Assembly (NCBI RefSeq): GCF_026210795.1
Contig: NC_089430.1
Span: forward strand, 1 to 64,000
Length of the DNA: 64,000 nucleotides
From: Rhizophagus irregularis
Taxonomy: Eukaryota
Direction of reading: 5' to 3'
This document shows, one piece after another, positions 40,480-50,320 of the stretch. The notes under the pieces were generated by a model, which did no database searches, was not told the origin of the DNA, and was given only the letters and a program-made list of their open reading frames with translations. Position 1 is the first letter of the stretch; each line of letters opens with the position of its first letter. A program made the translations under genes and the position numbers.

Positions 40480-41170
40480 GAGACCTATAAGAAATGAAAA
40501 AGTAAAAGAAACGTTAGAACGTTTTTTAATTAAAAAAAACAAAAAAGATAAGTTTCGTTGATGAAACGAAACTTACATTTTTCCGTTTCAGAATCCTGGA
40601 GCATCGGAACCTACAAAAAAAGTAGAAGAAACGTTAGAGAATGTTTCTTAATTAAAAAGAAAATAAAATATTTTAAGTTTCGTTAACGAAACTTATATGT
40701 TGACGTTTCGGAATCTTGGAGTACCGGAACCTACAAAAAAAAGTAAAAGAAACGTTAGAACGTTTCTTAATTAAAAAAAATATAATATAATAAGTTTTGT
40801 TAAAATGAAACTTACATTTTCCATTTCGGGAATCCTGGAGCACCGGAACCACCGAACCTACAAAAAAAAGTAAAAGAAACGTTATAGAACGTTTCTTAAT
40901 TAAAAAAAAATATAATATAAGTTTCGTTAAAACGAAACTTACATTTCCGTTTTGGCCATTAATGAATATTCATGCTGAAACTTGGCGTTCTTCTGGACCT
41001 ACAAAAAAAAGTAAAAGAAACGTTAGAACGTTTCTTAATTAAAAAAAATAAAAATATAAGAAGTTTCGTTAAACGAAACTTACATTTTGCCGTTTCGGAA
41101 ACCTGGAGTACCGGAACCTACAAAAATAAAGTAAAAGAAACGTTAAAACGTTTCTTAATAAAGAAAAAAA
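40480..41170. repeat. Tandem repeat, about 120-bp unit
   Basis: Repeated 'ggaacctacaaaaaaaagtaaaagaaacgttagaacgtttcttaattaaaaaaaa...aagtttcgttaa..cgaaacttacat'. Confidence 0.85.
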
Positions 41171-42229
41171 ATAAAAAAAAAATAGTTTTGTAAGATAACA
41201 AACTTTACCTGACTTCCAAATGTAACGATAATTGCCATACCAACGGGAAATGGGAAAGGGGAGGGGGAAGGACGAGAGAGAGGGAAGTGGGGAGAGAGAG
41301 GGAAGGAGAAACGAGAGGGAGGGTGACGGGAAAATGGTGAGAAGAAGGGAAGAGCGAAATAAACTAAATTAGTTTTTTTTTAAACTCTAAAAAAAAACTG
41401 CAGCTGCGGCTGCGGCTGCAATAGTTTATTTTTAGTATTTTTAGGTTAGTTAAAAAATGAACTGCGGCTGCGGCTGCGGCTGCAGTTTAACCAAGTTCAT
41501 GTCACGTGATACACGTGACATGTATTTTATATAAATAGGGGGCTTTTTCCTGAAACTTTTTTTTTTTTTTTATAATTTTTTTAATTTAATGATAGATGTA
41601 TATATATACATATATATATACATATATATATATCTATCTAATAAACTTTACGAAAAGCCCCTCCTCTGTAAACAGGTAGAGGCCATAAAGTACCTATAGG
41701 GGGAGAGCCATTGCTGCTCCCTCCGCCTGTTTATAGTGACAAAAAGAGGGAGTCTTCAGTAGTAAGGTTTAGTATTAAATTAAACAACATATCACAACAC
41801 ATCGTGTTGTAATTAAGTGTAATGCTACGTTATCCAATGTAATTGTAGTATTTTTTTGTGTTTTTTAGTGCAATTCCACGTTTTTTAGTGCAATTCCGCA
41901 TTTTCTAGCATAATGTTACATTTTCCAGCATAAATAAAAATTATCCTAATAATTTTAATGTAATTAAGTGTAATGCTACGTTATTCAGTGTAATTGTAGT
42001 ATTTTTTTGTGTTTTTTAGTGCAATTCTGCATTTTTTAGTGCAATTCCGCATTTTCTAGCATAATGTTACATTTTCCAGTATAATGTGAAATTTTCTAAA
42101 AAATATAATAATTGTGGTACTTTTTAGTGTAATGCTACATTGTCTAGTGTAATTGTGGTATTTTTTAGTTCAATTCCACATAATCTAGTATAGTGCTACA
42201 TTTTTCAGTATAATTTAATGTAATGTAGA

Positions 42230-42473
42230 TAAGGTTGCTTGCCGAAACCTAGGGGTTTAGGCAAGATGGCGTTTTGCCGAAAAGCGAAATTCTGCTGAAA
42301 CTATATTAAAGTTATATTAAAAAACTGGCGAAACTTTGGAGAAAGGCGAAACTGCCAAAACTTATTATAAATGCCGAAACTGCCGAAACTCTGCCGAAAC
42401 TATAATAAATCTATAGTAAAATTTTGATGAAACTAATCGTAGGATTTTGAAGAGGTTTAGACAAGCAACCTTA
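42230..42473 (+). mobile_element. hAT-type MITE, copy 2
   Basis: TAAGGTTGCTTG...CAAGCAACCTTA with a perfect 8-bp duplication AATGTAGA (42222-42229 and 42474-42481). Confidence 0.9.
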
Positions 42474-43595
42474 AATGTAGAATTTTCCAAAAAATGTGAT
42501 AATTGTGATACTTTTTAGTGTAATTTGGTGAAATGCTACATTTTCCAGTGTAATGCTATATTATTGAGCATTTTCCAAAAAAAAATTGTAACATTTTAAC
42601 ATTCTGACGAAAATGAAACATTTGACCAAAAAAACATAAAATTTGCTGAAAATATGCAACATTTGACAAAAAATATAGAATTTTCATAAAAAATATACCA
42701 TTTGCTAGAAAATTGGAATATTTGACAAAATTTGATTTTAATTGACAATGTTATAACAATTTTATGAAATGTTGTTACAATGATATCACATTGGAAATAA
42801 AATGTGGCATTTTCATAAAAATGCACCATTTGCAAGAAAATTGGAACATTTGACAAAAAAAAGCAAAATTTGATTTTAATGACAATGTTATAACAATGTC
42901 ACGAAATGTTACGAAATGTTACATTTGAGATATAATGTAGCATTTTCCCAAAATTTCATAAAATTTGCTAAATCAAACAATGTTGTAACAATGCTATTCC
43001 AAAAAATTGCTCAGCGTAATGCAGCATTTTCCACAATTTCCCACCATTTTCCAGAAAAATGTGGAATTTGCATTTTTTGAATTTTGGACAATGGTGCCTT
43101 TTCGACCTGTATAAAGTGATATTGTTTATTAGTGCTTTTAGCCGATTGTTATATCTTTACATGGAGAAATTAATAATCATACCTTCACTTTCTAGGTTCT
43201 GAGGTACTATATCGCTCGGCTCAACCTGTTCTATATGAGAAAATAAAAAGTATGAATATTGCAAAATAAATTAGGTATATCATAAGAAACACAACATACC
43301 CATATTAGTATCATCCTGGCATACTTTTCCTGATTCCTCTTCTGGGTTTGTATGTTCCAGAATAAGAAATGATATTGTACCTACTCAAAGTACATAAATA
43401 AAGAACTTACATACCTTCATGAGGTGTCATAAACATGATAATGAATTCTTAGATATTTAATTCAGATACGTCCATCTCGATATGATACTTCGTTTTGTAA
43501 AGGGTAAAAAAAAAGAACTTGTAAAAAAAAGACAAAGTAAATAAAGTGAGCGAAGTGTTATACCGTGAGAATAGTGTGAGAATTAATTAAAGACG

Positions 43596-44507
43596 AGTAG
43601 GGCAAACTTGGGGGTTCTGGGACAGCGGCTATCACATAGGTCTAACCATAATTTAGTGTACCCCCAGACCACCTAGCCTTGTTTTCTGATATGTTAACAC
43701 TATACCTGTTTTTCTATCCCCAGATCACCTAACCTTGATTCCCGATATGTTATTACTTGATAGCTAAAAAAGAACCCCCAAGCGTTGTAGATAAGATTAA
43801 CATCATTTATTCCTAGGCATTATTACCACGCATGGATCCATTCCAGGGTATCATAATTTTATGCTATATCAGATTGCCTTTATAAGTGCCAAAGGTATGA
43901 AGGACACGAAGTGTCTGTAATACCGATGGCACGATTCAGCAATCCATTGTGGCATACTATTTTTATGATACTCTAAAATGGATTCATTTGATGATTTAAG
44001 CCATTCATGCTCTAACCAAAAATTTTTAACAGGAAGGTAACTAGACATATTGTAAAGCTTTTCCTGCTATACGAAAAAATCTGGGACAGTGAAGTCTAAC
44101 CAAAAATCTAACCCAGGTCTAACCAAAAATGTATAGCAGGAAGGCAACTAGATATGTTTTAAAGTTTTTCCTCCTATACGAAAAAATCTGGGACAGCGAA
44201 GTCTAACCAAAAATCCAACCCAAGTCTAACCAAAAAATGTATAGCAGGAAGGCAACTAGATATATTGTAAAGCTTTCCCTGCAATACGAAAAAATCTGGG
44301 ACAACAGGTCTAACCAAAAGTCTAACCAAAAATCCGTCTGAGGTCTAACCAAAAAATATACAGCAGGAAGACAACTAGACATATTGTAAAGCTTCCCCTA
44401 CAATACGAAAAAATCTGGGACAATGAAGTCTAACCAAAATTTAACTCTAATCATAAATTGCTCTGATTCTTTGACGAAGCCTATTTTCATACCGATTTTG
44501 ATAGTAA
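43596..44507 (+). repeat. Left terminal inverted repeat of the Polinton-like element
   Basis: Near-identical reverse complement of 54463-55373. Inner half has about 120-bp tandem units rich in TCTAACCAAAA. Confidence 0.95.
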
Positions 44508-44683
44508 CTCCCAATATGAGATTGACATCGACCACTAGATGAACCTGTAGGTTTACCACATACAGCACAAGGAAAGCGTGATTTTGTCTTCCAATGAATG
44601 CGACAACCTTCTGGCCTCACACAAGGACGACCACAAGGCTTTCCTGTGTTATGTAAATATTCACAAGTATATTCTCCAATCAT
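44447..44683 (-). CDS. Small Cys/His-rich protein (putative zinc-binding), 78 aa
   Basis: MIGEYTCEYLHNTGKPCGRPCVRPEGCRIHW...CAVCGKPTGSSSGRCQSH. The 3' end lies inside the TIR. Confidence 0.6.
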   Translation of the reverse strand: MIGEYTCEYLHNTGKPCGRPCVRPEGCRIHWKTKSRFPCAVCGKPTGSSSGRCQSHIGSYYQNRYENRLRQRIRAIYD

Positions 44684-44735
44684 TTTTATTAAGTATAAAT
44701 AAGTTAAATTAAAAAAAACTTTACATGATATAAAA

Positions 44736-45113
44736 ATGATGTCTACCCAAGCTATACCAGCTAAGCCAACATACCGTGAAATTGAATCAGTTCTAATTGC
44801 TGTAATTAAAGCAGGCATCCTTTACAAGAAACCAAAGGATGGTAAATTCATGTTATGTTACAAACAAAGGATAATCAAATTGCGTCAAGCAGAAGAACCA
44901 GAAAATTTTGTTCTTGAAACAGCACAATCTATTCTACCTAATGAGACAAAGTATCAGCAAATCTTGGAAAATTATAAGACCTGGTATAGCAGAGAGCCAA
45001 AACTTTTGTCTGCTATTAATAAGCTATACAGGTTATACTACGAATTGGCAAAAGACTACTTCCTTACAGACTCCCAAGCAGATGATGAGGTAGAAGACTA
45101 TCTTAATTCATAA
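44736..45113 (+). CDS. Hypothetical protein of the Polinton-like element, 125 aa
   Basis: Clean ATG-to-stop ORF with protein-like composition, tightly packed between its neighbours. Confidence 0.55.
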   Translation: MMSTQAIPAKPTYREIESVLIAVIKAGILYKKPKDGKFMLCYKQRIIKLRQAEEPENFVLETAQSILPNETKYQQILENYKTWYSREPKLLSAINKLYRLYYELAKDYFLTDSQADDEVEDYLNS

Positions 45114-45120
45114 GTACCCA

Positions 45121-46200
45121 TTATGGTGGAAGTTCTGTATCATCTGGTATAACCAAAAGTTCTTCCCTCACAAAGGATCTCTCTGATTCTTTACCATCAT
45201 CATCAATAAGCCAGTACAAAATTGGTTGATTTTTCTGTGTTAAAGACATATGGATATGATAAATCTTAGGTGACCAATTCATATCTCCTGCTCGACGTCT
45301 TCCACCTTCCAGATCATTTGGTTCAAGTAAGTACCTTACACTTATATCAGGTGGTAGTTTCTCTTCTTCATACCCAACAGGTCCATCACGAGGATAAGAA
45401 GATCTGGAAGACACTCGTGATTTTTTTATAGCTACAGCAGGAGATATACCAAGTTGTTGGGTCACTGAGTTATTTATACTTTCTACAGCAATAGGTAAGT
45501 TTTTTACCCAGACTCAAGATCTCGTTTTACCTAAAGTTAGTAAGTCAGATGCATTTTGAGAGAGAAATAGTTTCTCAACCAAGGTACGGTTATATCGCTC
45601 CACAATGCCAACAGTACGCTTAGACTTGGCCTTCTGAATCTTTACACCATGGGAAGTCATCAACTTTTCACACTCACCTTTAAACTCTGAACCCCTATCT
45701 GTAATTAATAATTTTGGCCAAGTGAGCGGACATGTTGTATCATCATATACCTTTTCAAAAGCCCAAGCAATAGTATGAGAAGTTAGGATTCTCTGTCGAT
45801 CTTTAACACTGGTTGAACCTATAGGGACACTTTCTTTATACCTCGATGCTATATCAACTATATTGAGACAGAAAAGATAAGTCACATGTCCAACCTTGTC
45901 ATATGGCATATACAAAATGTCAGCTTGATGAACTTCATTGGGAAACTTGTATAGAACTAAAACTTACACGAGAGATAAATCGGGGACGAGGTTTGTGAAC
46001 TTGATGTACTGCCTGTCTTTCAAGCCAATCCTGCACTTCATCTAAGGTGAAATCATATCCAGCATTTTGTGATGTCTCATACAATTTTTTGGCAGTTCTC
46101 TGATATCCAGATGGTTGATAAAATATTCTGCATAAAGTCGAAGTCACCTCTACATTTCGTGCTTCATCAGAATCTATTTTAATAATAGGTATCAATGGGA
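45121..46200 (-). pseudogene. Polinton-type retroviral-like (rve, DDE) integrase, disrupted
   Basis: IFYQPSGY...VQDWLERQAVHQVHKP, QADILYM, IVDIASRY, LITDRGSEF, VERYNRTL and NWSPKIY...SFVREELL. Frameshift near 45940 and an in-frame TGA at 45514-45516. Confidence 0.9.
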
Positions 46201-48279
46201 GTTGAACAGGCATATCTTGATCTGCTAAATAGCAACTTTGCTTTACGTAAAGAGCTGATATTAAAGGAAACAAATAATATTTCCAATAAGGAGAAAATCC
46301 GTAAACTCACAAAGGAGATAGAGGCATGTGAACGATATATCTTCTATCTTGAAAAAAATCTTGTTTCACGTGAGGATGAGATCGATCAGTTAAAGGCAGA
46401 GTGTCAGTCCACTTTAGTTGAACTTGGAAAGTATCGAGATCACTTAGAGTTAAAGGAAGAGGCACTTGTTGCCCAGGATGAACGTATCATTCAGCTTGAA
46501 GACACAGTAGATAAACTCAAAAAACGCATTCAAGAATTATTTTTATGTAAAGAAAAGATAGAAATGGATGAAGATAATGAATTATTCAATCCTATTCTAA
46601 GAATACTAGACCGCCGACGGGCAGTTGCAGATTGTGTGTCTGAAATTCGACTATTTTTTGATCGGAATAGGATTCCAATTCCACAAGACATAGATGATGT
46701 CTTTAATGCTACCACTCAAAGTCTTGATGAAATTATTCGTCAAGCTGCTCTAATGCAAGAAATTGGTGTAGACCAACTAAATCAGATAGAAGGATTGCAG
46801 ACATTACTTGGAGAATCTTTAGATCGTACAAATGCTCTTAATCAAGACTTAATAAGAGTACGTGATGATTTTACATATGAGAGAAATGCTCGTAGACACT
46901 GGGAAACTGTTGCACAACAGAATCAAGCACATATTGCAGGAATACAAATAGCCAATCTAGGTATATGTTTTCTGAATAGACGCAAAGATGCACAACTGGC
47001 AAACCAACAGAATCAGCTGGTAAATCATCAGAATCAGATAGCAAACCAACAGAATCAGATAGCTGAGCATCGAAGGAATGCACACAGGCTGATGTTACGC
47101 TATAATGCTGATACAGAACGTTGGAGAAGAAGGCATGCAGGTTGTATACGTCAGGCACAAAACTGGCAAAGACAATATAGGATTTCACAGACCCAGGTAC
47201 AAGCACAGGCCCAAAATATTTTAAATTTACAACAACAAATATTAGCGTTACAAAACAATCCTCCAAACATGGCTACAATACAAGATGTCATGCATACTAT
47301 ATCACCAGGTCTTGCACAGTTACCATTTTATGATGGACAAGAGCCGCCAGACTCTTATTATCAAAAGCTTAGAGCTGTCAATGAGATGGCTCGTCCACTA
47401 GCTTTTGCTGGTTTTAATGCTGCTATGAGGTGCAATGTCATGAAAAATAAAATGTCTGGTAGATTTATTCCTGTTCCAGTAAATAATCCATATAATGGCA
47501 ATGCTGCTATTAATACAGAACCAGAGTTTCTAAACTGGCTGCAAGGAAAATATAGAGATGTGATGGTTGGAACAAATCAAGGTGCTATAATAGCACTCAT
47601 GAATGAATCATTTTCTCCTATAGATACACCAGATACATATGCAAAAAGAATTCGATCATTAGCACAAGGACAAGTATATGCCGAAATTTTACCTTATCTA
47701 TATAATCATTTGCCTGATGCTTTAGAAATGAGAGTTAGAATTGCTGCTCCTGCTGATCTTGATGCTTTCTTTAATGAGTTGCGTAATAAATGGTATGAAA
47801 GTGGAGGGCGAAAAAATCCAACCACTATAGTAGAACAACCACAGAATAGAACTGCATTAGAAAAGCTTGCAGATATAGCAGTACGTCTTGGCTATACTGG
47901 TGACATAACAAATCCTGTAGCAATACATACTTTCATTGAGAGTGATCTTACCAGAAAGTTAGGTGGATAAACACAACATCTAAGAAAAGATCACTTCGGA
48001 ACTGGTCAGATTAAAAAGGTGACAAAGACAACCAAATCTTCTCCTAAACGTCATTGCTCAAACTGTGGTAGAACAGGTCATTCCAAAAACAAGTGTCCAC
48101 GGAGTAGACGTGCTAAGAAAGTTAACAATACTCACATAGTTGACTATGAAGAATCTGAAAGTGATGAGGAAACTGATGAAGAAACTGAGGAAGAGTTAAC
48201 TGAAGAAGAAGAGGAGGAGGATGAACCTCAGAATTGCTTTAGTGTAAAAAAAAAACTCGTCAACGTGGAGTTTCGGTAA
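46195..48279 (+). CDS. Gag-like protein: long coiled coil, helical domain, CCHC zinc knuckle, acidic tract (one in-frame TAA at 47968)
   Basis: ORFs 46195-47970 and 48019-48279 share a frame. LPFYDGQEPPDSYYQKL resembles the start of retrotransposon Gag capsid regions. CSNCGRTGHSKNKC is CX2CX4HX4C. Confidence 0.7.
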
Positions 48280-49193
48280 AAACCAAAGGGAAAAAATCCC
48301 GTACTTCCAAATCTAAAAGAGAACCTATTCTCAAGAAAACTGATGAAGTCTTTCATGCAGCACTGAAGTCTATAATTGCTTCACTAGCAGCACAATGTCC
48401 TAAAGAAATCCTCCTACAGATTAATGCTTATACCAATCAAGCATATGAGAATCTGAAAGACCCGCTTTTAAACCATTTTGTTAGTGACTATCCAGTTAGT
48501 GAAAGAAAGAAACTCTGGGATGTTCTTTCAGCAAATATGCAAGACATTTTATCTCCTCTAGCTCATGCTGTAAATACAGCAACTCCACTATTACCAACTC
48601 CTCCTGCAGATGTACCATCTGAAGTAGAACAGAAAGAAGACAAAACACTGAACCATGCAATACGTGCCTATCAGCAGAAAAACCTATACTGGCCAAGACC
48701 CTTAGAAATCAACTTTTTCCAGTTAGATGATCCCAATGATGTAGCGACCATTTCCTGTAAAATCAAAAATGTATGCATACCCTATGCTATGATCGATACA
48801 GGGTCTGACTCTTCAGTAATCTCTGAGAATGTAGCTAAGCATCTAGGTCTCAAAATAGATCGAAAGAATATACATGCACTTAATGGTGTAGCTGGATCAA
48901 CCAAAACTCTTGGCACTATCAATGAAATTCCCATAACTATTGGTGAAGGTACAAATACAGTCACTATATCAGACGAATTCTCTGTTATACCTACCGAGAA
49001 GGATCGAAATGGTAAGGACAAATCATTGCTAATACTTGGTATACAGTGGCAGTATCATGCAGGTTGGGAACCTGTAGTAAAGGGTGAGTTCAAAGCAAAT
49101 GTAAATGGACAGGTTGTCTCAATTCCTCTCTCTGTACATAAGGCACAACGTAATGTTTTTGCAGTAGATAGCCAGCCTATAAAAAAAAACTAG
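48245..49193 (+). CDS. Retropepsin-like aspartic protease in the -1 frame relative to Gag
   Basis: AMIDTGSDSSVISENVAKHLGL and LILGIQW. The frame is open from the A10 run at 48246-48255 to TAG 49191-49193. Confidence 0.85.
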
Positions 49194-49441
49194 CTGATCG
49201 TACCTGTCAGCATTGTGGGAAGGAATTCCCATATCCTTCTAATCTTAGACAACATTTTTTACGAAAAAATCCATGTGCAGTAAAAAAGTCCCATGCAAAG
49301 CCCATGCAAAGTCCATGTGCAGTTAAAATTTCCCATGCAAAGTCCATGCAAAGTCTATGCACAGTAAAAAAATCCCATGCGCAGTCCACACAAAATTTGA
49401 GTGAAGCAACAGTACCCATTCGTCTATTTCTTGATGAATAA
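49190..49441 (+). CDS. Zinc-finger-containing extension in the -1 frame relative to the protease (no start codon ahead of the finger)
   Basis: LADRTCQHCGKEFPYPSNLRQHFLRKNPC, followed by SHAKPMQSPCAVK-type repeats, ending TAA 49439-49441. Preceded by the heptamer A AAA AAC. Confidence 0.6.
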   Translation, partial: LADRTCQHCGKEFPYPSNLRQHFLRKNPCAVKKSHAKPMQSPCAVKISHAKSMQSLCTVKKSHAQSTQNLSEATVPIRLFLDE

Positions 49442-49447
49442 TGGGAA

Positions 49448-49885
49448 CTACGACATGGAAGCAAGTTTTTTTTCTATTTCTCGTACTTGCTTCTTCATGG
49501 TATCAATTTCATGTCGTATCTGATGATTTGTCTTGATCAATTTCTCATGTTCTTTAGTAAGGTTCTGCATGAATCGGCCAAAAGTAACCTTATTATATTC
49601 AAGCAAGTGCTTCTGAAGTATGGAAACTTCTTCACTAATTATGTCTTGTATCATTCTGTTTCTTGGCATATATGTCTGTTTAACAGTTAGTTTCTGACGT
49701 GCTAATTTTTTCTGGTATCTTTCTACTTCATGTTTCAAAAATAACTCTACCATGGAATTTACTCCACTGGCATCAGACACAGATAGTGGATTGCGCTTCC
49801 TTGTTGTGAGACGAATCCATGCCTCATGTATTACAGAAGCTGGTAATATAACTAGTAGCTCAGTGTATACCTGGTTGAAAGACAT
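49448..49885 (-). CDS. Hypothetical coiled-coil protein, 145 aa
   Basis: Intact ORF within the element, co-oriented with pPolB. Confidence 0.55.
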   Translation of the reverse strand: MSFNQVYTELLVILPASVIHEAWIRLTTRKRNPLSVSDASGVNSMVELFLKHEVERYQKKLARQKLTVKQTYMPRNRMIQDIISEEVSILQKHLLEYNKVTFGRFMQNLTKEHEKLIKTNHQIRHEIDTMKKQVREIEKKLASMS

Positions 49886-49977
49886 TAGTTCTTATTACGA
49901 AAAAAAAATTTGGAATTCCAAAGAATTCTGAAGAATTCCATAGAATATCTTATCATATGACACCTCCCAGAAATCTG

Positions 49978-50247
49978 TTAGATGTCATGTGCTAATGATT
50001 GTCTTTCTCTTAGTATTGAATAATAAAATGCCTCTACTAAGTCATAAAAGGCATTTGGAATGTTTGGTACAGGGCATTTCATAAATGCATTAATACTAGT
50101 CTTAGAACTTATGACCATTTTAGCTAATGCCTTTATACTTTTTATTGCATCCTCTACATCTTTAAAGAGACCTCTCTGAATTGTGATATGTATAAGGTCA
50201 TCGATATATTCTTTACTATGTATATCATAGATTGGATCGTCTTCCAT
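49978..50247 (-). CDS. Hypothetical protein, 89 aa
   Basis: MEDDPIYDIHSKEY... ORF immediately downstream of pPolB. Confidence 0.5.
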   Translation of the reverse strand: MEDDPIYDIHSKEYIDDLIHITIQRGLFKDVEDAIKSIKALAKMVISSKTSINAFMKCPVPNIPNAFYDLVEAFYYSILRERQSLAHDI

Positions 50248-50320
50248 TTTAACTACTGAAAAAAAAATATAATTTATTATTAATATATGCCTAAGTATCA
50301 CTAAACTATTCTATATCATT

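Larger units (their letters stand above)
38733..43110. mobile_element. 4.4-kb non-coding TIR element filled with tandem repeats (family undetermined)
   Basis: Left end ACAGGTCGAACAGGTGTCATTGTCGCAAAATT; right end reverse complement ACAGGTCGAAAAGGCACCATTGTCCAAAATT. Interrupts the MULE gene. Confidence 0.7.
27614..43490 (-). pseudogene. MULE (Mutator/FAR1-like) transposase gene split by nested insertions
   Basis: Pieces: probable 5' exons about 43110-43490; FAR1 and MULE core 38730-37570 (DNTAKTNRYQMPL, FITDADP, CIFHISEN); SWIM (YLCSCMSNISCGIICRHYF); 36555-36684; C-terminal CKTCGQAGHNSARC knuckle at 27614-27987. Frames rejoin when the 27988-36554 and 36685-36856 insertions are removed. Confidence 0.85.

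Noticed and set aside
40270..42856. Short ORFs at 40270, 40972 and 42596
   Set aside because: They arise from tandem-repeat sequence and have no recognisable domains.
46195..49193. Independent LTR retrotransposon nested in the Polinton
   Set aside because: No LTRs, PBS/PPT, RT or RNase H are visible around the Gag-protease block, and it is packed flush against element genes. Not fully excluded without other copies.
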